Assembly (NCBI GenBank): GCA_043813075.1 | Contig: JBDRLL010000003.1 | Location: 96,001-160,000 of the forward strand | From: Candidatus Altiarchaeota archaeon | GTDB lineage: Archaea > Altiarchaeota > Altiarchaeia > IMC4 > SCGC-AAA252-I15 | Reading direction: 5' to 3' | DNA: 64,000 bases | In this document: positions 37,914-47,395 of the stretch, piece by piece | Layout of the letters: each line of letters opens with the position of its first letter | Position numbering within the stretch: the stretch's first letter is position 1 | Position numbers and translations under genes: made by a program | Notes under the pieces: model-generated | Seen by the model: only the letters and a program-made list of their open reading frames with translations | Databases searched by the model: none | Told to the model about the DNA's origin: nothing

Positions 37914-38583
37914 GAGCATCAGCATACTTGTAGACGGTGGTTCAGCGACCGCGGGACCGCCATTGGGCCCCGCATTAGGTCCGCTTGGTGTTAACGCGCA
38001 GAAGGTTGTTGAAGAGATAAACAAGCAGACGAAGGACTACAAGGGGATGAAGATCCCAGTAGACGTTATAGTCGACACAAGCACGAAGGAATTCAGGATA
38101 AAGATAGGGACCCCACCCACATCAGCGCTCATACTGAAGGCTATTGGATTGGAGAAGGGCGGCGGTAAAAACGAGTTTGTGGGCGACATCGGATTCCTGC
38201 AGCTTTTAGATATCGCCAAGAAGAAGTCGGATTCAATGCTATCCATAGAACTTAGTTCAGCCATAAAAGAGGCTGCTGGAGCATGCCAGAGCCTGAAGAT
38301 AACGATATCCGGGAGAAAACCCAAGCAATTGATAAAGGAGATAAACGAGGGAGTCTTCGACGCCGTGATGGCAGGGAAGAGCACGGAGATACCGGAGGCA
38401 AAGATAGTAGAGGAAAAGAAGGTAAAGATTATAGGCGTCAAGATAGAGGAGGAGGAAAAGCCGGTTGAGGAGGAGAAAACCGAAAAACCAGGTGAAAAGC
38501 CACTAAAATCAGGTGAAAAACCCGGAAAACCCGGTGAAAAACCCTCCAAATCAGGTGAAAAACCTTCAGACGGCAAGAAGTAG
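37906..38583 (+). CDS. rpl11: 50S ribosomal protein L11 with C-terminal extension
   Basis: GGSATAGPPLGPALGP, GTPPTSALI; start MDESI at 37906. Confidence 0.95.
   Translation: MDESISILVDGGSATAGPPLGPALGPLGVNAQKVVEEINKQTKDYKGMKIPVDVIVDTSTKEFRIKIGTPPTSALILKAIGLEKGGGKNEFVGDIGFLQLLDIAKKKSDSMLSIELSSAIKEAAGACQSLKITISGRKPKQLIKEINEGVFDAVMAGKSTEIPEAKIVEEKKVKIIGVKIEEEEKPVEEEKTEKPGEKPLKSGEKPGKPGEKPSKSGEKPSDGKK
38491..38574 (+). repeat. Four tandem 21-bp repeats (GEKPxxx) in the rpl11 tail
   Basis: GGTGAAAA begins at 38491, 38512, 38533 and 38554. Confidence 0.85.
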
Positions 38584-38657
38584 GGTTTTTTAAGGCATTG
38601 ATGCATAATGATTAAAACCCGTTTCACTATCCTGCTCTCAGGATAGGAGGGCTTGAC

Positions 38658-39287
38658 ATGAATAAAGAGAACATAATAGCGAAAATAAAGGAATGCATCG
38701 AGAAATCACCTAAACGCAAGTTCAAGCAGAATATAGACTTGACTCTTAACTTCTCAGACGTCCAGATGGAGGGTGAACACAAGCTTAACCTGAACATCCT
38801 ACTGCCCAAGGGACGTGGCAAGGACGTTGAGATAGGGGTCTTTGCCGACGGAGACATGAACCTCAAGGCGAAGGAAGTGTCAAAACACGTGTTAGACAAG
38901 AAGGAGCTTGAGGGCATGGCTAGCGACAAGCGCGGTATGCGAAAGTACGCTGGTGAATGCTATGGCTTCATAGCGTCATCAGACCTTCTGCCAGTCGTCG
39001 GTAAGAACTGGGGTGTCGTCCTCGGGGTTAGGGGTAAGATGCCACAGCCTGTGCCTCCGAACGCGGACGTTAAGGCCGCCATTGAAAGATCCAAGAACAC
39101 TGTGAGGATAAAATCGAAGAAAAACCCTAACATACACGTTCCCGTGGGGACTGAGGATAACAGTCCTGAGGAGCTGTTCGAGAACATACAGGCAGTATAC
39201 ATTTCTGTCGAGCGTGTGATACATGAGGAGAAGATAAAGTCCGCGTTCATTAAGACAACAATGGGTTCGGCGGTGAGGTTATGGTAG
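38658..39287 (+). CDS. rpl1: 50S ribosomal protein L1
   Basis: RKFKQNIDL, LGVRGKMP, KTTMG; SD GGAGG at 38646-38650. Confidence 0.96.
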   Translation: MNKENIIAKIKECIEKSPKRKFKQNIDLTLNFSDVQMEGEHKLNLNILLPKGRGKDVEIGVFADGDMNLKAKEVSKHVLDKKELEGMASDKRGMRKYAGECYGFIASSDLLPVVGKNWGVVLGVRGKMPQPVPPNADVKAAIERSKNTVRIKSKKNPNIHVPVGTEDNSPEELFENIQAVYISVERVIHEEKIKSAFIKTTMGSAVRLW

Positions 39288-40240
39288 CCACATGGAAGAA
39301 AGACCTGGCTAAGGAGATTACTAAGGGAGTTAAGGCAGCTAAGACCATAGGCGTAGTCAAGATTGATAACATACCGTCGAAACAGATGCAGCAGATGAGG
39401 AAGACCCTGAGGGGCAAGGCAAATCTGGTAATAGCGAAGAGGAACGTTTTGAAGCAGTCATTCAGCAAGGCAAACCTTGAGGGGTTGAGTGAATACCTTG
39501 ATGGTTCTGTCGGATTACTCTCCAGCGACCTTGACCCATTCCAGCTGGAAAAGCTAGTCTACAGCTGCAGGACAAACGCCCCGGCAAAAGCCGGCGCAAC
39601 GGCACCATGCGATATTATAGTGCCTGCAGGCGACACTGGACTGCCGGCAGGTCCGGTGATAGGTGACATACAGGGTGCTGGCATAAAGGCGAAGATACAA
39701 GGGGGTAAGATAATAGTACAGCAAGAGTCTGTGGTGGTGAAGGAGGGGGACCCCATAAGCGAGGAGGTCGCGACCGCCTTGATGAGGCTCAAGATACAGC
39801 CCATGAACATCGGCCTGGATTTGAAGGCTGTTTGGAACGATAATGTGGTCTATCCCTACGAAGTCTTGCACATAGAGGAGGCTGAGACCATCAGCAGGCT
39901 ACAGTCAGCTCATGTTAAAGCATTCAACCTCGCATTCAATGCTGGATTATTCATGCCAGACACGGTTAGGTTATTCATACAAGAGGCGTTCTGCAACGCC
40001 AGGAACCTGGCCATAAACGCTGAAGTGATAAACAAGGATACCGTCGACTACTTCATAGGCAGGGCAGACGCTCAGGCAAAGGCCTTGAAGAGCGTCCTGC
40101 CTGATGATATCAAGCCGGCTGAAGAACCTGTGAAGGAGGAGGCAAAGCCTGAAGAGGTTAAAGAGACGCCTGCAGAAGAGAAGAAGGAGACCCCTAGTGA
40201 GGATAATAAGGGGGAGGCTCCTGCTGAGGGGAAGGTATAG
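39281..40240 (+). CDS. rpl10: 50S ribosomal protein L10 (P0)
   Basis: VATWKK, QMQQMRKTLRG, APAKAG..AP.DI.VPAGDT, three spine helices, acidic tail. Confidence 0.95.
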   Translation: MVATWKKDLAKEITKGVKAAKTIGVVKIDNIPSKQMQQMRKTLRGKANLVIAKRNVLKQSFSKANLEGLSEYLDGSVGLLSSDLDPFQLEKLVYSCRTNAPAKAGATAPCDIIVPAGDTGLPAGPVIGDIQGAGIKAKIQGGKIIVQQESVVVKEGDPISEEVATALMRLKIQPMNIGLDLKAVWNDNVVYPYEVLHIEEAETISRLQSAHVKAFNLAFNAGLFMPDTVRLFIQEAFCNARNLAINAEVINKDTVDYFIGRADAQAKALKSVLPDDIKPAEEPVKEEAKPEEVKETPAEEKKETPSEDNKGEAPAEGKV

Positions 40241-40283
40241 TAGATTCTTTTTTAGTCTTGTTCTTCCGCGTTCTATAAGAGAG

Positions 40284-42404
40284 ATGTCTAGGAACAGGAC
40301 TCTAGAGTATATCAGGGGTAGGGAAAAGCTCGTCGCTAAACTCATTAGGGAGGGGGCTCCGTTACCCCGCATCATGGAAGAGTTGGGTGTGGACGAGTCT
40401 GAAGGCAGCAACATACGCGCTGGATTCTCAAGGGCCATCACAACCCACCCTGAACTGTCTGGCGCACTGAAGGACAGGGTAGAGTCGATTGTAGAGCAAA
40501 ACCGTAGGTCCGGCAGGAACACGTCTGTGAACGAGCTGGTTGAGGCCACCGGCGTAGGCTGGTATCCTATGAAAGCGTTCGTTCATGGGAAGAAGGGGCC
40601 TGGACAGTCCATCAACCTGACGCCTTTAGGGGACATACATGCTTCAAGGGTGGAACGGATAAAAGCCGAGGCCGCGGGGCAGGGCGGTAGGGTGAGCATC
40701 AAATCCACTGCCAGGAAGCTTGGGACCGATGAGAAGACGGCTAGCAGGCTGGTGAAGGAGGCGGGGGTGGGGGATATGACCCCTGACGCCGCTAAGAGCA
40801 GTCAAATCGAGTTCCAGGCTAAGATACTGTCTGATATTCTATCGGAACATGCTGATGCCTGTGAAATTCCGGAAACGCGTAGGCTCGTGGAGTTGAATGA
40901 GGGCGAGAGCACAACTCCTGCGGGAAGAAGGAAGCTGGTGAAAACCACGAAGAGGGAGATAACCGCCCGGCTGGTTGGGATGCTTGGCGAGGTCAGGGCG
41001 GCCAGGTCAAGCCAGGCGAGGTCTGTGTGGGAGGAGTTGAATGAAACACGCCAGGAGCTATACTCCCCTGACGTCTGCACTGCAAGAGCCCGGTTAAGCC
41101 GTGAGCTAGAGGAGATGGGGGAGGTTACTGAGGAACAGTTAGCCACCTCACTGCAGGAGAGGGTTAACCAGACATGGTTTGGGGGCAGGGAAGTGTGCCC
41201 TTACTGGCTTCCTGAGAGGCTGGTGCGCATGGACTTGTACGGTGACGCGGACAAGGTACTGCACCCGCAGGTGCCGACACCACAGACGCTTGATGATGTG
41301 AGGGACCAGCTACTGGATTATTCCAAGAGAACGCACGGGCGTAAGAGGTACAGGGTGATACATCAGATGAGCACGCAAGACATGTCGAAGGGTGCGCCAT
41401 CATTCTATTACCTGCTTAAGAGGAAGCTGCCTGACATGGACGCCCGCCAGATAACGCAGACTGCCATATGGATTCTGACTGGGGAGGAAGGCAGGACTTA
41501 CGACAGGTACTGGGATAAGAGGGGTGTGCGTGAGGATGCTGTGGTCGGCATGCTGGAGGAGGCTGGATGGGATCCAACCGGGGTGACGACAGGCGACCTG
41601 TCTAGGAAAGCCCACGGACTGCACATGCATTATAAGAGGCATGAAGGTTCAAAATGCCTGAGAGAGAGCCTCGTGATGGCTTTAAGGGAGTTCAGTGAAC
41701 TCACGCCAGAGCAGGAGAGGTTCATACTGGCGAGGAGGAACAGGCCGATGCAGATGAGGCTGATACTCCAGCACCTTGACCCAGGCAGGTCGGTTGAAGA
41801 GTACGCTGGTCTAATGGGGATAGAGAGGACTGCAGCGTACAATGTGGTGCGGAGGCTTCAGAGGGAGTTGACTGACGCCGTAGACGGGGGGGATAGCGTT
41901 AGGGAAATTGCGGACAGGTATGGTGTGGGCGCGAGGGGGATAAGCAATCTCGGACTGCGAGAGCTTGAAAGGCCGGGTGGTATTATAAGGCTGGTAGGAT
42001 ATCCTGTCGAAGCGGGGGATGAGATGGCTGTTAGAGGGGATATGACGTCTTTGGAAGAGCTTGCCAGGGGTTTTAACGTGCACACTCATATGCTTCAGGG
42101 CATAAGCACTGGAAGGCAGAGGCCTTCAGGGAGGGTTGAGAGGAGCGCCGGCCTGAATCGGCTTGAAGAGCATTCTAGAATGCTTGTTCAGGCGTGCGGT
42201 AGGAGGGACTACGACGGCATGGCAAGGCTTGCAGGGGAGATAGGATGCGATGTTGAGGGGGTTAGGAAGCTTCCTGAAGGAGAGAGGGGTGTGTCAGTCA
42301 CCTCAAGGTCTGGTAACATGAGCATAAGATACGTCACAGACGCCAGGCTGGATGAAATGCTAAGCCTCGCTGGAAGCATAGCTGGTGAGGCAGAATTCAG
42401 GTAA
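40284..42404 (+). CDS. Large hypothetical protein with several HTH-like segments
   Basis: Start MSRNRT at 40284; HTH-like stretches SIKSTARKLGTDEKTASRL, SVEEYAGLMGIERTAAYNVVRR, SVREIADRYGV. Confidence 0.6.
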   Translation: MSRNRTLEYIRGREKLVAKLIREGAPLPRIMEELGVDESEGSNIRAGFSRAITTHPELSGALKDRVESIVEQNRRSGRNTSVNELVEATGVGWYPMKAFVHGKKGPGQSINLTPLGDIHASRVERIKAEAAGQGGRVSIKSTARKLGTDEKTASRLVKEAGVGDMTPDAAKSSQIEFQAKILSDILSEHADACEIPETRRLVELNEGESTTPAGRRKLVKTTKREITARLVGMLGEVRAARSSQARSVWEELNETRQELYSPDVCTARARLSRELEEMGEVTEEQLATSLQERVNQTWFGGREVCPYWLPERLVRMDLYGDADKVLHPQVPTPQTLDDVRDQLLDYSKRTHGRKRYRVIHQMSTQDMSKGAPSFYYLLKRKLPDMDARQITQTAIWILTGEEGRTYDRYWDKRGVREDAVVGMLEEAGWDPTGVTTGDLSRKAHGLHMHYKRHEGSKCLRESLVMALREFSELTPEQERFILARRNRPMQMRLILQHLDPGRSVEEYAGLMGIERTAAYNVVRRLQRELTDAVDGGDSVREIADRYGVGARGISNLGLRELERPGGIIRLVGYPVEAGDEMAVRGDMTSLEELARGFNVHTHMLQGISTGRQRPSGRVERSAGLNRLEEHSRMLVQACGRRDYDGMARLAGEIGCDVEGVRKLPEGERGVSVTSRSGNMSIRYVTDARLDEMLSLAGSIAGEAEFR

Positions 42405-42405
42405 G

Positions 42406-42681
42406 CTAGTAAGCCCTTATTTCCGGCAGGGGATTAGATTCAGCCTTCTGTATCGCTTTTATTCCACCCGACTTCTTTGCGATATAATAGGCGTCGAATG
42501 CGGATATGAAGCTGAGCAGAATGTTGAGTGAGAAGGCGAGCGCATAGCTTACGGGAGTGAGCTCGACTGTGGCCAGCTCCATAATGAAGAAGAGTGCGGC
42601 CCGCCATAGCCTGCCCACATAGAGCTGACCCAACCCTGCTACAAGAAAGGACAGTATTGCCGCCAGCCAAGGCTTCTTCAT
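42406..42681 (-). CDS. Small membrane protein (KKPWLAAILS..GLGQLY family)
   Basis: AAILSFLVAGLGQLYVG...SAFDAY motif. Confidence 0.8.
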   Translation of the reverse strand: MKKPWLAAILSFLVAGLGQLYVGRLWRAALFFIMELATVELTPVSYALAFSLNILLSFISAFDAYYIAKKSGGIKAIQKAESNPLPEIRAY

Positions 42682-42719
42682 GTGGATATATTAAGAACAC
42701 AGGGATTAATTAAAATGAC

Positions 42720-43538
42720 ATGGAAGTCAGGATCGACCTGCGGAAGAGCATACCAGAGAACGCTGAGGCATACTATAATACGGCGAAGAAGTCCAAGCGT
42801 AAGATTAACGGTCTTGTGAAAGCGATTGAGGAGACTAAAGGCCGGCTGGAGGGGATGCCTGAAGCAGATTCGGAGCCCACCCAGCAGGTGATAAGGAAGA
42901 AGAAAAAGAAGAGGTGGTTCGAGTCCTATCGTTGGTTCACTTCAAGCGATGGCTTCCTTGTGGTGGGGGGGCGTGACGCGGGAAGCAACGAGTCGCTGAT
43001 AAAGAAGCATCTGGAAGACAGGGACCTGGTGTTCCACGCGGAGATTCAGGGCGCCCCATTCTTCATAGTGAAAAACCCGGATGGGAAGGAGATCCCGGAG
43101 AATACGATACTGGAGGCTGCTGAGGCTGCTGGAGCATACAGCAAGGCGTGGGGTAGGGGCATGGGCTCATGCAGCGTATACTACGTGAACCCTGACCAGG
43201 TCTCAAAGACGCCGCCCGCAGGTGAATACCTGCCTAAAGGGGCTTTCATGATATACGGGAGGAAGAACAAGGTACATGACGTTGAACTGAAGGTTGCCAT
43301 AGGATTCATCGTTGACGAGGGCGTGGAGACTGTGGGCGGCCCGGTCTCTTCAGTGGAATCCAAGACAGGATACTATGCGGTAGTCGGTGTTGGAGACGTC
43401 AAATCCAGGAAGCTTTCAGAGGATGTTGTGAAGAGCGTCTTGAGAAAGACCCCTGCGGAAGCAGGGGCTTTGATAAAGAAAACGGGCCTCGATGAAGTCC
43501 AGAAGTGGATTCCGTCAGGGAAGGGCAGGCTCCTCTAG
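42720..43538 (+). CDS. NFACT RNA-binding domain protein (short Rqc2-like)
   Basis: ENAEAYY..AKK, WFESYRWF.SSDG.LVVGGRDA..NE, HAEIQGAP, QVSKTPPAGEYLPKGAFMIYG. Confidence 0.9.
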   Translation: MEVRIDLRKSIPENAEAYYNTAKKSKRKINGLVKAIEETKGRLEGMPEADSEPTQQVIRKKKKKRWFESYRWFTSSDGFLVVGGRDAGSNESLIKKHLEDRDLVFHAEIQGAPFFIVKNPDGKEIPENTILEAAEAAGAYSKAWGRGMGSCSVYYVNPDQVSKTPPAGEYLPKGAFMIYGRKNKVHDVELKVAIGFIVDEGVETVGGPVSSVESKTGYYAVVGVGDVKSRKLSEDVVKSVLRKTPAEAGALIKKTGLDEVQKWIPSGKGRLL

Positions 43539-44581
43539 CGCCTCCTGCTTTTCACGAAAGACTTCGGGTCGCGGAGTATGATGTAGGATGCTGTCAACAC
43601 TAATAGACCTGCAGTCAACGAATCCTTTAGCTGAAATCCGAGATGCCAGTGCATCAGGGCTATTGTTGAAGACGATAATGCGGGCGGGATTAGCTTGTAC
43701 ACCCCACTTATCTCCGACATCTTGGAGAACAGGAATGCTAGGGGCAGCATGAGCAGTAGGAGTGTCGACGATGCGAGGAGCACGGTTATAGTGAACCATA
43801 GGAGCGCCTTCACACACCAGGATATGTTGGATTCCACTCCCGCGAGATTCCAAGGCTCCTCAGAGAAGAAGAGCATAAGCCATAGGATTATTAGGGTGAA
43901 CAAAGTGCTTATCGGATGAGTGTACAGGTTTTTGAAGGAGCCCTTGAAGTCTATGCTGCTGGGCGCGGCCCCGACCGCAAAACACATCTGCAGGTAGAGC
44001 ATTATCCATGATAATATACTCCCATAGTCCATGCTGAGGAAGGATGATGTCATGATGGATGACGTGTGGATGAATGCGCCGATGAAGTCCTCTGGAACGT
44101 TAAGCTGCACCGAGTTGACAACGTTAACCAGGTCTCCGCCCTGGAGATAGTTTAGCATTATCATGAGGGAGCCGCACCCAAAGAAGGGGGCGAAGGCTAT
44201 GACGAACTCGCGCAACACAATCCACTTGTCCAATGGAGTCCTATAGTTAACGTAGCCCAGCATCCCTGTCTTGGGGTTTGGCTTGAACAAGGACATCCCG
44301 GTTATGTAACATCCTGAGAACAGGGCCGCGAAAAAGTGGGATAGCTCGTGGAGTATTGTGCCTGGGGCCATGAAAACTATGAAGGGGTAGGAGCCGAACC
44401 TCATCCGCTTTAGGACGTAGTATTCTATGAGGTCGCTTAACAGCACTTGCACTGCGAAGAGTAGGGGTATGAATGACGCGTATGAGCGGATGTAGTAGCC
44501 GTCAAGATACGCCCATAGACAGTAGGAGGATGCGAACAATAGTATGAGGGTGACAACCCTGTTGGACAGACCGAAAACCAT
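43535..44581 (-). CDS. Membrane zinc metalloprotease-like protein (M50-type HExxH)
   Basis: PGTILHELSH, LGYVNY, IAFAPF, APSSID; multiple TM helices. Confidence 0.78.
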   Translation of the reverse strand: MVFGLSNRVVTLILLFASSYCLWAYLDGYYIRSYASFIPLLFAVQVLLSDLIEYYVLKRMRFGSYPFIVFMAPGTILHELSHFFAALFSGCYITGMSLFKPNPKTGMLGYVNYRTPLDKWIVLREFVIAFAPFFGCGSLMIMLNYLQGGDLVNVVNSVQLNVPEDFIGAFIHTSSIMTSSFLSMDYGSILSWIMLYLQMCFAVGAAPSSIDFKGSFKNLYTHPISTLFTLIILWLMLFFSEEPWNLAGVESNISWCVKALLWFTITVLLASSTLLLLMLPLAFLFSKMSEISGVYKLIPPALSSSTIALMHWHLGFQLKDSLTAGLLVLTASYIILRDPKSFVKSRRR

Positions 44582-44641
44582 TTTGTTTAAATATTTTTAG
44601 GCTATTGATTAATCTCAGTAAACCAATAATAACGTCATATA

Positions 44642-45718
44642 ATGGACTTGAGGGAGAAGATAAAGGCTATTGAGGAGGAGATAGAGAAGACCCCATACAA
44701 CAAGGCCACCCAGCACCACATAGGGAAGCTTAAGGCGAAGCTTGCTAAGATGAGGGAGAAGGAGTTCAAGGCCTCTTCAAAGAAAGGTAGTGGCGTCGGC
44801 TTCGGGGTGAGGAAGACCGGGCACGCTACCGCAGTCCTTATAGGCCTCCCTTCAGTGGGCAAGTCCACCCTGTTGAACAAGCTGACTAACGCCGAGTCGG
44901 AGGTTGCAGGCTATGACTTCACCACACTGGATGTGATACCCGGGATGCTACAGCACGAGAGCCTTAACGTGCAGATACTCGACCTGCCGGGGATAATAAC
45001 GGGGGCGGCCATAGGGAAGGGGAGGGGTAGGGAAGTCCTGTCGATGGTGAGGAACGCTGACCTGGTGATAATAATGCTGGACGCTGGTAGGACGAGCGTT
45101 TTGCATGAGATAAAAGACGAGTTGTATGACATAGGAGTCCGGCTGGACTCGAAGCCTCCTGAAGTATCGGTTAAAAAGAAGATAAGAGGCGGGGTCTCGC
45201 TGACTTCGACCGTTAAGCTCAGGCGGATAGATGTTGAGGAAGTTAGGGCTGTGCTGAACGAGTATGGCGTACATAACGCTGACGTGGTGATAAGGGAGGA
45301 CATGACAATCGACCAGTTCATAGATGCCGTGGCAGGGAACAGGGTTTACGTCCCGTCCCTAGTGCTCGTCAACAAGATAGACAAGGGAGGGGTGAAGAAC
45401 CTGGATTTCGAGCATCTGCCCATATCAGCGGAGAAGGAGGTCGGAATCGAGGGGGTTAAGGACGCTATCGTTTCAAAGATAGATGTCATAAGGGTTTTCC
45501 TGAAGCCGCAGGGAGGGGAGGCTGACATGAACGATCCGCTGATACTGAAGAATGGATCTAGCATAAAAGACCTGTGCGAGAAACTCCACAAAGACTTCCT
45601 CAAAGGCTTCAGATATGCCCTGATATGGGGGGAATCCGCGAAACACCCCGGCCAACACGTGGGCTTGAAGCACGTATTAAAAGATAAGGACGTAGTAACA
45701 ATAATAAAAAGTGGTTGA
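44642..45718 (+). CDS. DRG/OBG-family GTPase with TGS domain
   Basis: TPYNKATQHHIGKLKAK, GLPSVGKST, DLPGII, NKID, TGS tail. Confidence 0.96.
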   Translation: MDLREKIKAIEEEIEKTPYNKATQHHIGKLKAKLAKMREKEFKASSKKGSGVGFGVRKTGHATAVLIGLPSVGKSTLLNKLTNAESEVAGYDFTTLDVIPGMLQHESLNVQILDLPGIITGAAIGKGRGREVLSMVRNADLVIIMLDAGRTSVLHEIKDELYDIGVRLDSKPPEVSVKKKIRGGVSLTSTVKLRRIDVEEVRAVLNEYGVHNADVVIREDMTIDQFIDAVAGNRVYVPSLVLVNKIDKGGVKNLDFEHLPISAEKEVGIEGVKDAIVSKIDVIRVFLKPQGGEADMNDPLILKNGSSIKDLCEKLHKDFLKGFRYALIWGESAKHPGQHVGLKHVLKDKDVVTIIKSG

Positions 45719-45719
45719 A

Positions 45720-46403
45720 ATGAATTACTGGAAGACTATACTATTGATGGCCTTTACGGCCCTGCTCAGCGGATGCATGTGCTGCGGCGGATTCGGCCCT
45801 GGAGGCGATGATGGCTATGAAGACGTTGATGCCGGCAGCCAGTGCAGTCCGCCATACATGGTTTTCGGGAGCGGATGCTGTCTTGATGCTAATGTGAACA
45901 GCATCTGCGACGATGATGAGATGACGACAACCCTCATGAAAGAGACGACGATAAAAACCCAGACAACCGTGCGCGTGGAAACGACAGCCAATGATGCCAC
46001 GACGACAACCATGATGGAGCCAGCGACAACAATTATGGAGGCGACAACCACGACCATCGCAGGCAAGACTCCAGTACAGTTATGCGTGGAGAAGGCAGGA
46101 TACAAGTCAGACACTCTAATATACGTGTACAGCAACAGGTGCGGTGTGACTGAGAAGACCAAACTAACAAACGACGGGTTTAGGAAAGGCAGGGAATACC
46201 AATACATCGACATAGGCATACTAAGCGATCAGGAGAAGGAGGTCCTAGCATGCTTCTACGGCCCATACTACAAGGGCAACATGAAGTACTCCATGTGCCC
46301 CATGCTACTGTGCCCGACGACAGGGGCCCATGAAGCGCACACAGGTTATAGTTCCATAACAGTAATGGCCGCTAGGATGATTAGGGATTGCTTCGGTGAA
46401 TAA
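45720..46403 (+). CDS. Secreted/lipoprotein-like Cys- and Thr-rich protein, thioredoxin-like paralog A
   Basis: Signal ending LLSGC, CCLDANVNSICDD motif, Thr-rich linker, C-terminal four-Cys domain. Confidence 0.7.
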   Translation: MNYWKTILLMAFTALLSGCMCCGGFGPGGDDGYEDVDAGSQCSPPYMVFGSGCCLDANVNSICDDDEMTTTLMKETTIKTQTTVRVETTANDATTTTMMEPATTIMEATTTTIAGKTPVQLCVEKAGYKSDTLIYVYSNRCGVTEKTKLTNDGFRKGREYQYIDIGILSDQEKEVLACFYGPYYKGNMKYSMCPMLLCPTTGAHEAHTGYSSITVMAARMIRDCFGE

Positions 46404-46826
46404 ATGAGGCGGATGTTATTGTTGATGGCTTTGATAGCCCTCCTACAGCCGGCGGCAGGCGAAGAAGACATGATGTACGAGACCCTGACGGAAGCATGCG
46501 TCCAGAACGCGGGCTATAATCCAGGATACGTGGCCTACGTCTACAGGAACAGGTACAAGATGGGGGGCACAAAGCCGAAGATAATGGATGCCGGGAGGAA
46601 GACGGGTGTGGGAGTGCATTTCATAGAGACTGGAATACTGACAGAGGGGGAGGAGAGCCTACTAAGCTGCTTCTACGGCACGTATTCAGAAGAGAACAGG
46701 GAATACATGAAGTATCCGAGGATAATCTGCCTTAAAAACGGTGAAGTCAACAATATTAGGAGCGGCAGGCCGGTGACAGTGCAGGCCCGCGAGATGATGT
46801 ACGAATGCAGGAGGAGTATGGGATGA
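46404..46826 (+). CDS. Secreted protein, thioredoxin-like paralog B
   Basis: Signal peptide; CV..AGY...YVY.NR, GIL...E...L.CFYG.Y shared with paralog A. Confidence 0.7.
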   Translation: MRRMLLLMALIALLQPAAGEEDMMYETLTEACVQNAGYNPGYVAYVYRNRYKMGGTKPKIMDAGRKTGVGVHFIETGILTEGEESLLSCFYGTYSEENREYMKYPRIICLKNGEVNNIRSGRPVTVQAREMMYECRRSMG

Positions 46827-47395
46827 AGGCTATGATAATGAGTTTAACGGCATTGCTTGTCCTAAGCGGATGCCTGTGCAATATGGGGGCTGAAGACTGC
46901 CTTGACGCGGACAGTAACGGTGTGTGCGACAATGAAGAGAAGGCGACTAGCACGACGGTAAAGACCACCAGCACGACAAACATGCCGACACTACCACCAC
47001 TTCCCGCGGACACCACAATAGAGACGATCACCACAACCCTAGGCCCTACAACCACCACATTATCTATGGCCGAGTGTGTGGGGCAGTATCAGGTACAGAG
47101 CAATGAGGTCATATTCCTGTATACGACAAGCTGTTGCGCCAGCCTGCACAACACAGTCAACCAGCTGGGCTCATTGAAGTTCGAGAAGATGGAATTGACT
47201 GTCATAGATCCGAGGGAGAGGAATATTCTAGGGTGCCTTGGCATAACGGACGTGAAGGAAATATCGCTCGCACGATTGTACTGTCCGTTCAACAGTGAGA
47301 GCATGTACATACCAAAGGAAGAGTTCGCGGGCGCCAGGGACAGGATAAGGGATTTCACGCTGAAATGCAAGGAAGACTCGCTTAAAGATGCCTGA
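46823..47395 (+). CDS. Secreted/lipoprotein-like Thr-rich protein, thioredoxin-like paralog C
   Basis: LVLSGC signal, CLDADSNGVCD, Thr-rich linker, VIFLYTTSCC, same Cys pattern. Confidence 0.7.
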   Translation: MKAMIMSLTALLVLSGCLCNMGAEDCLDADSNGVCDNEEKATSTTVKTTSTTNMPTLPPLPADTTIETITTTLGPTTTTLSMAECVGQYQVQSNEVIFLYTTSCCASLHNTVNQLGSLKFEKMELTVIDPRERNILGCLGITDVKEISLARLYCPFNSESMYIPKEEFAGARDRIRDFTLKCKEDSLKDA

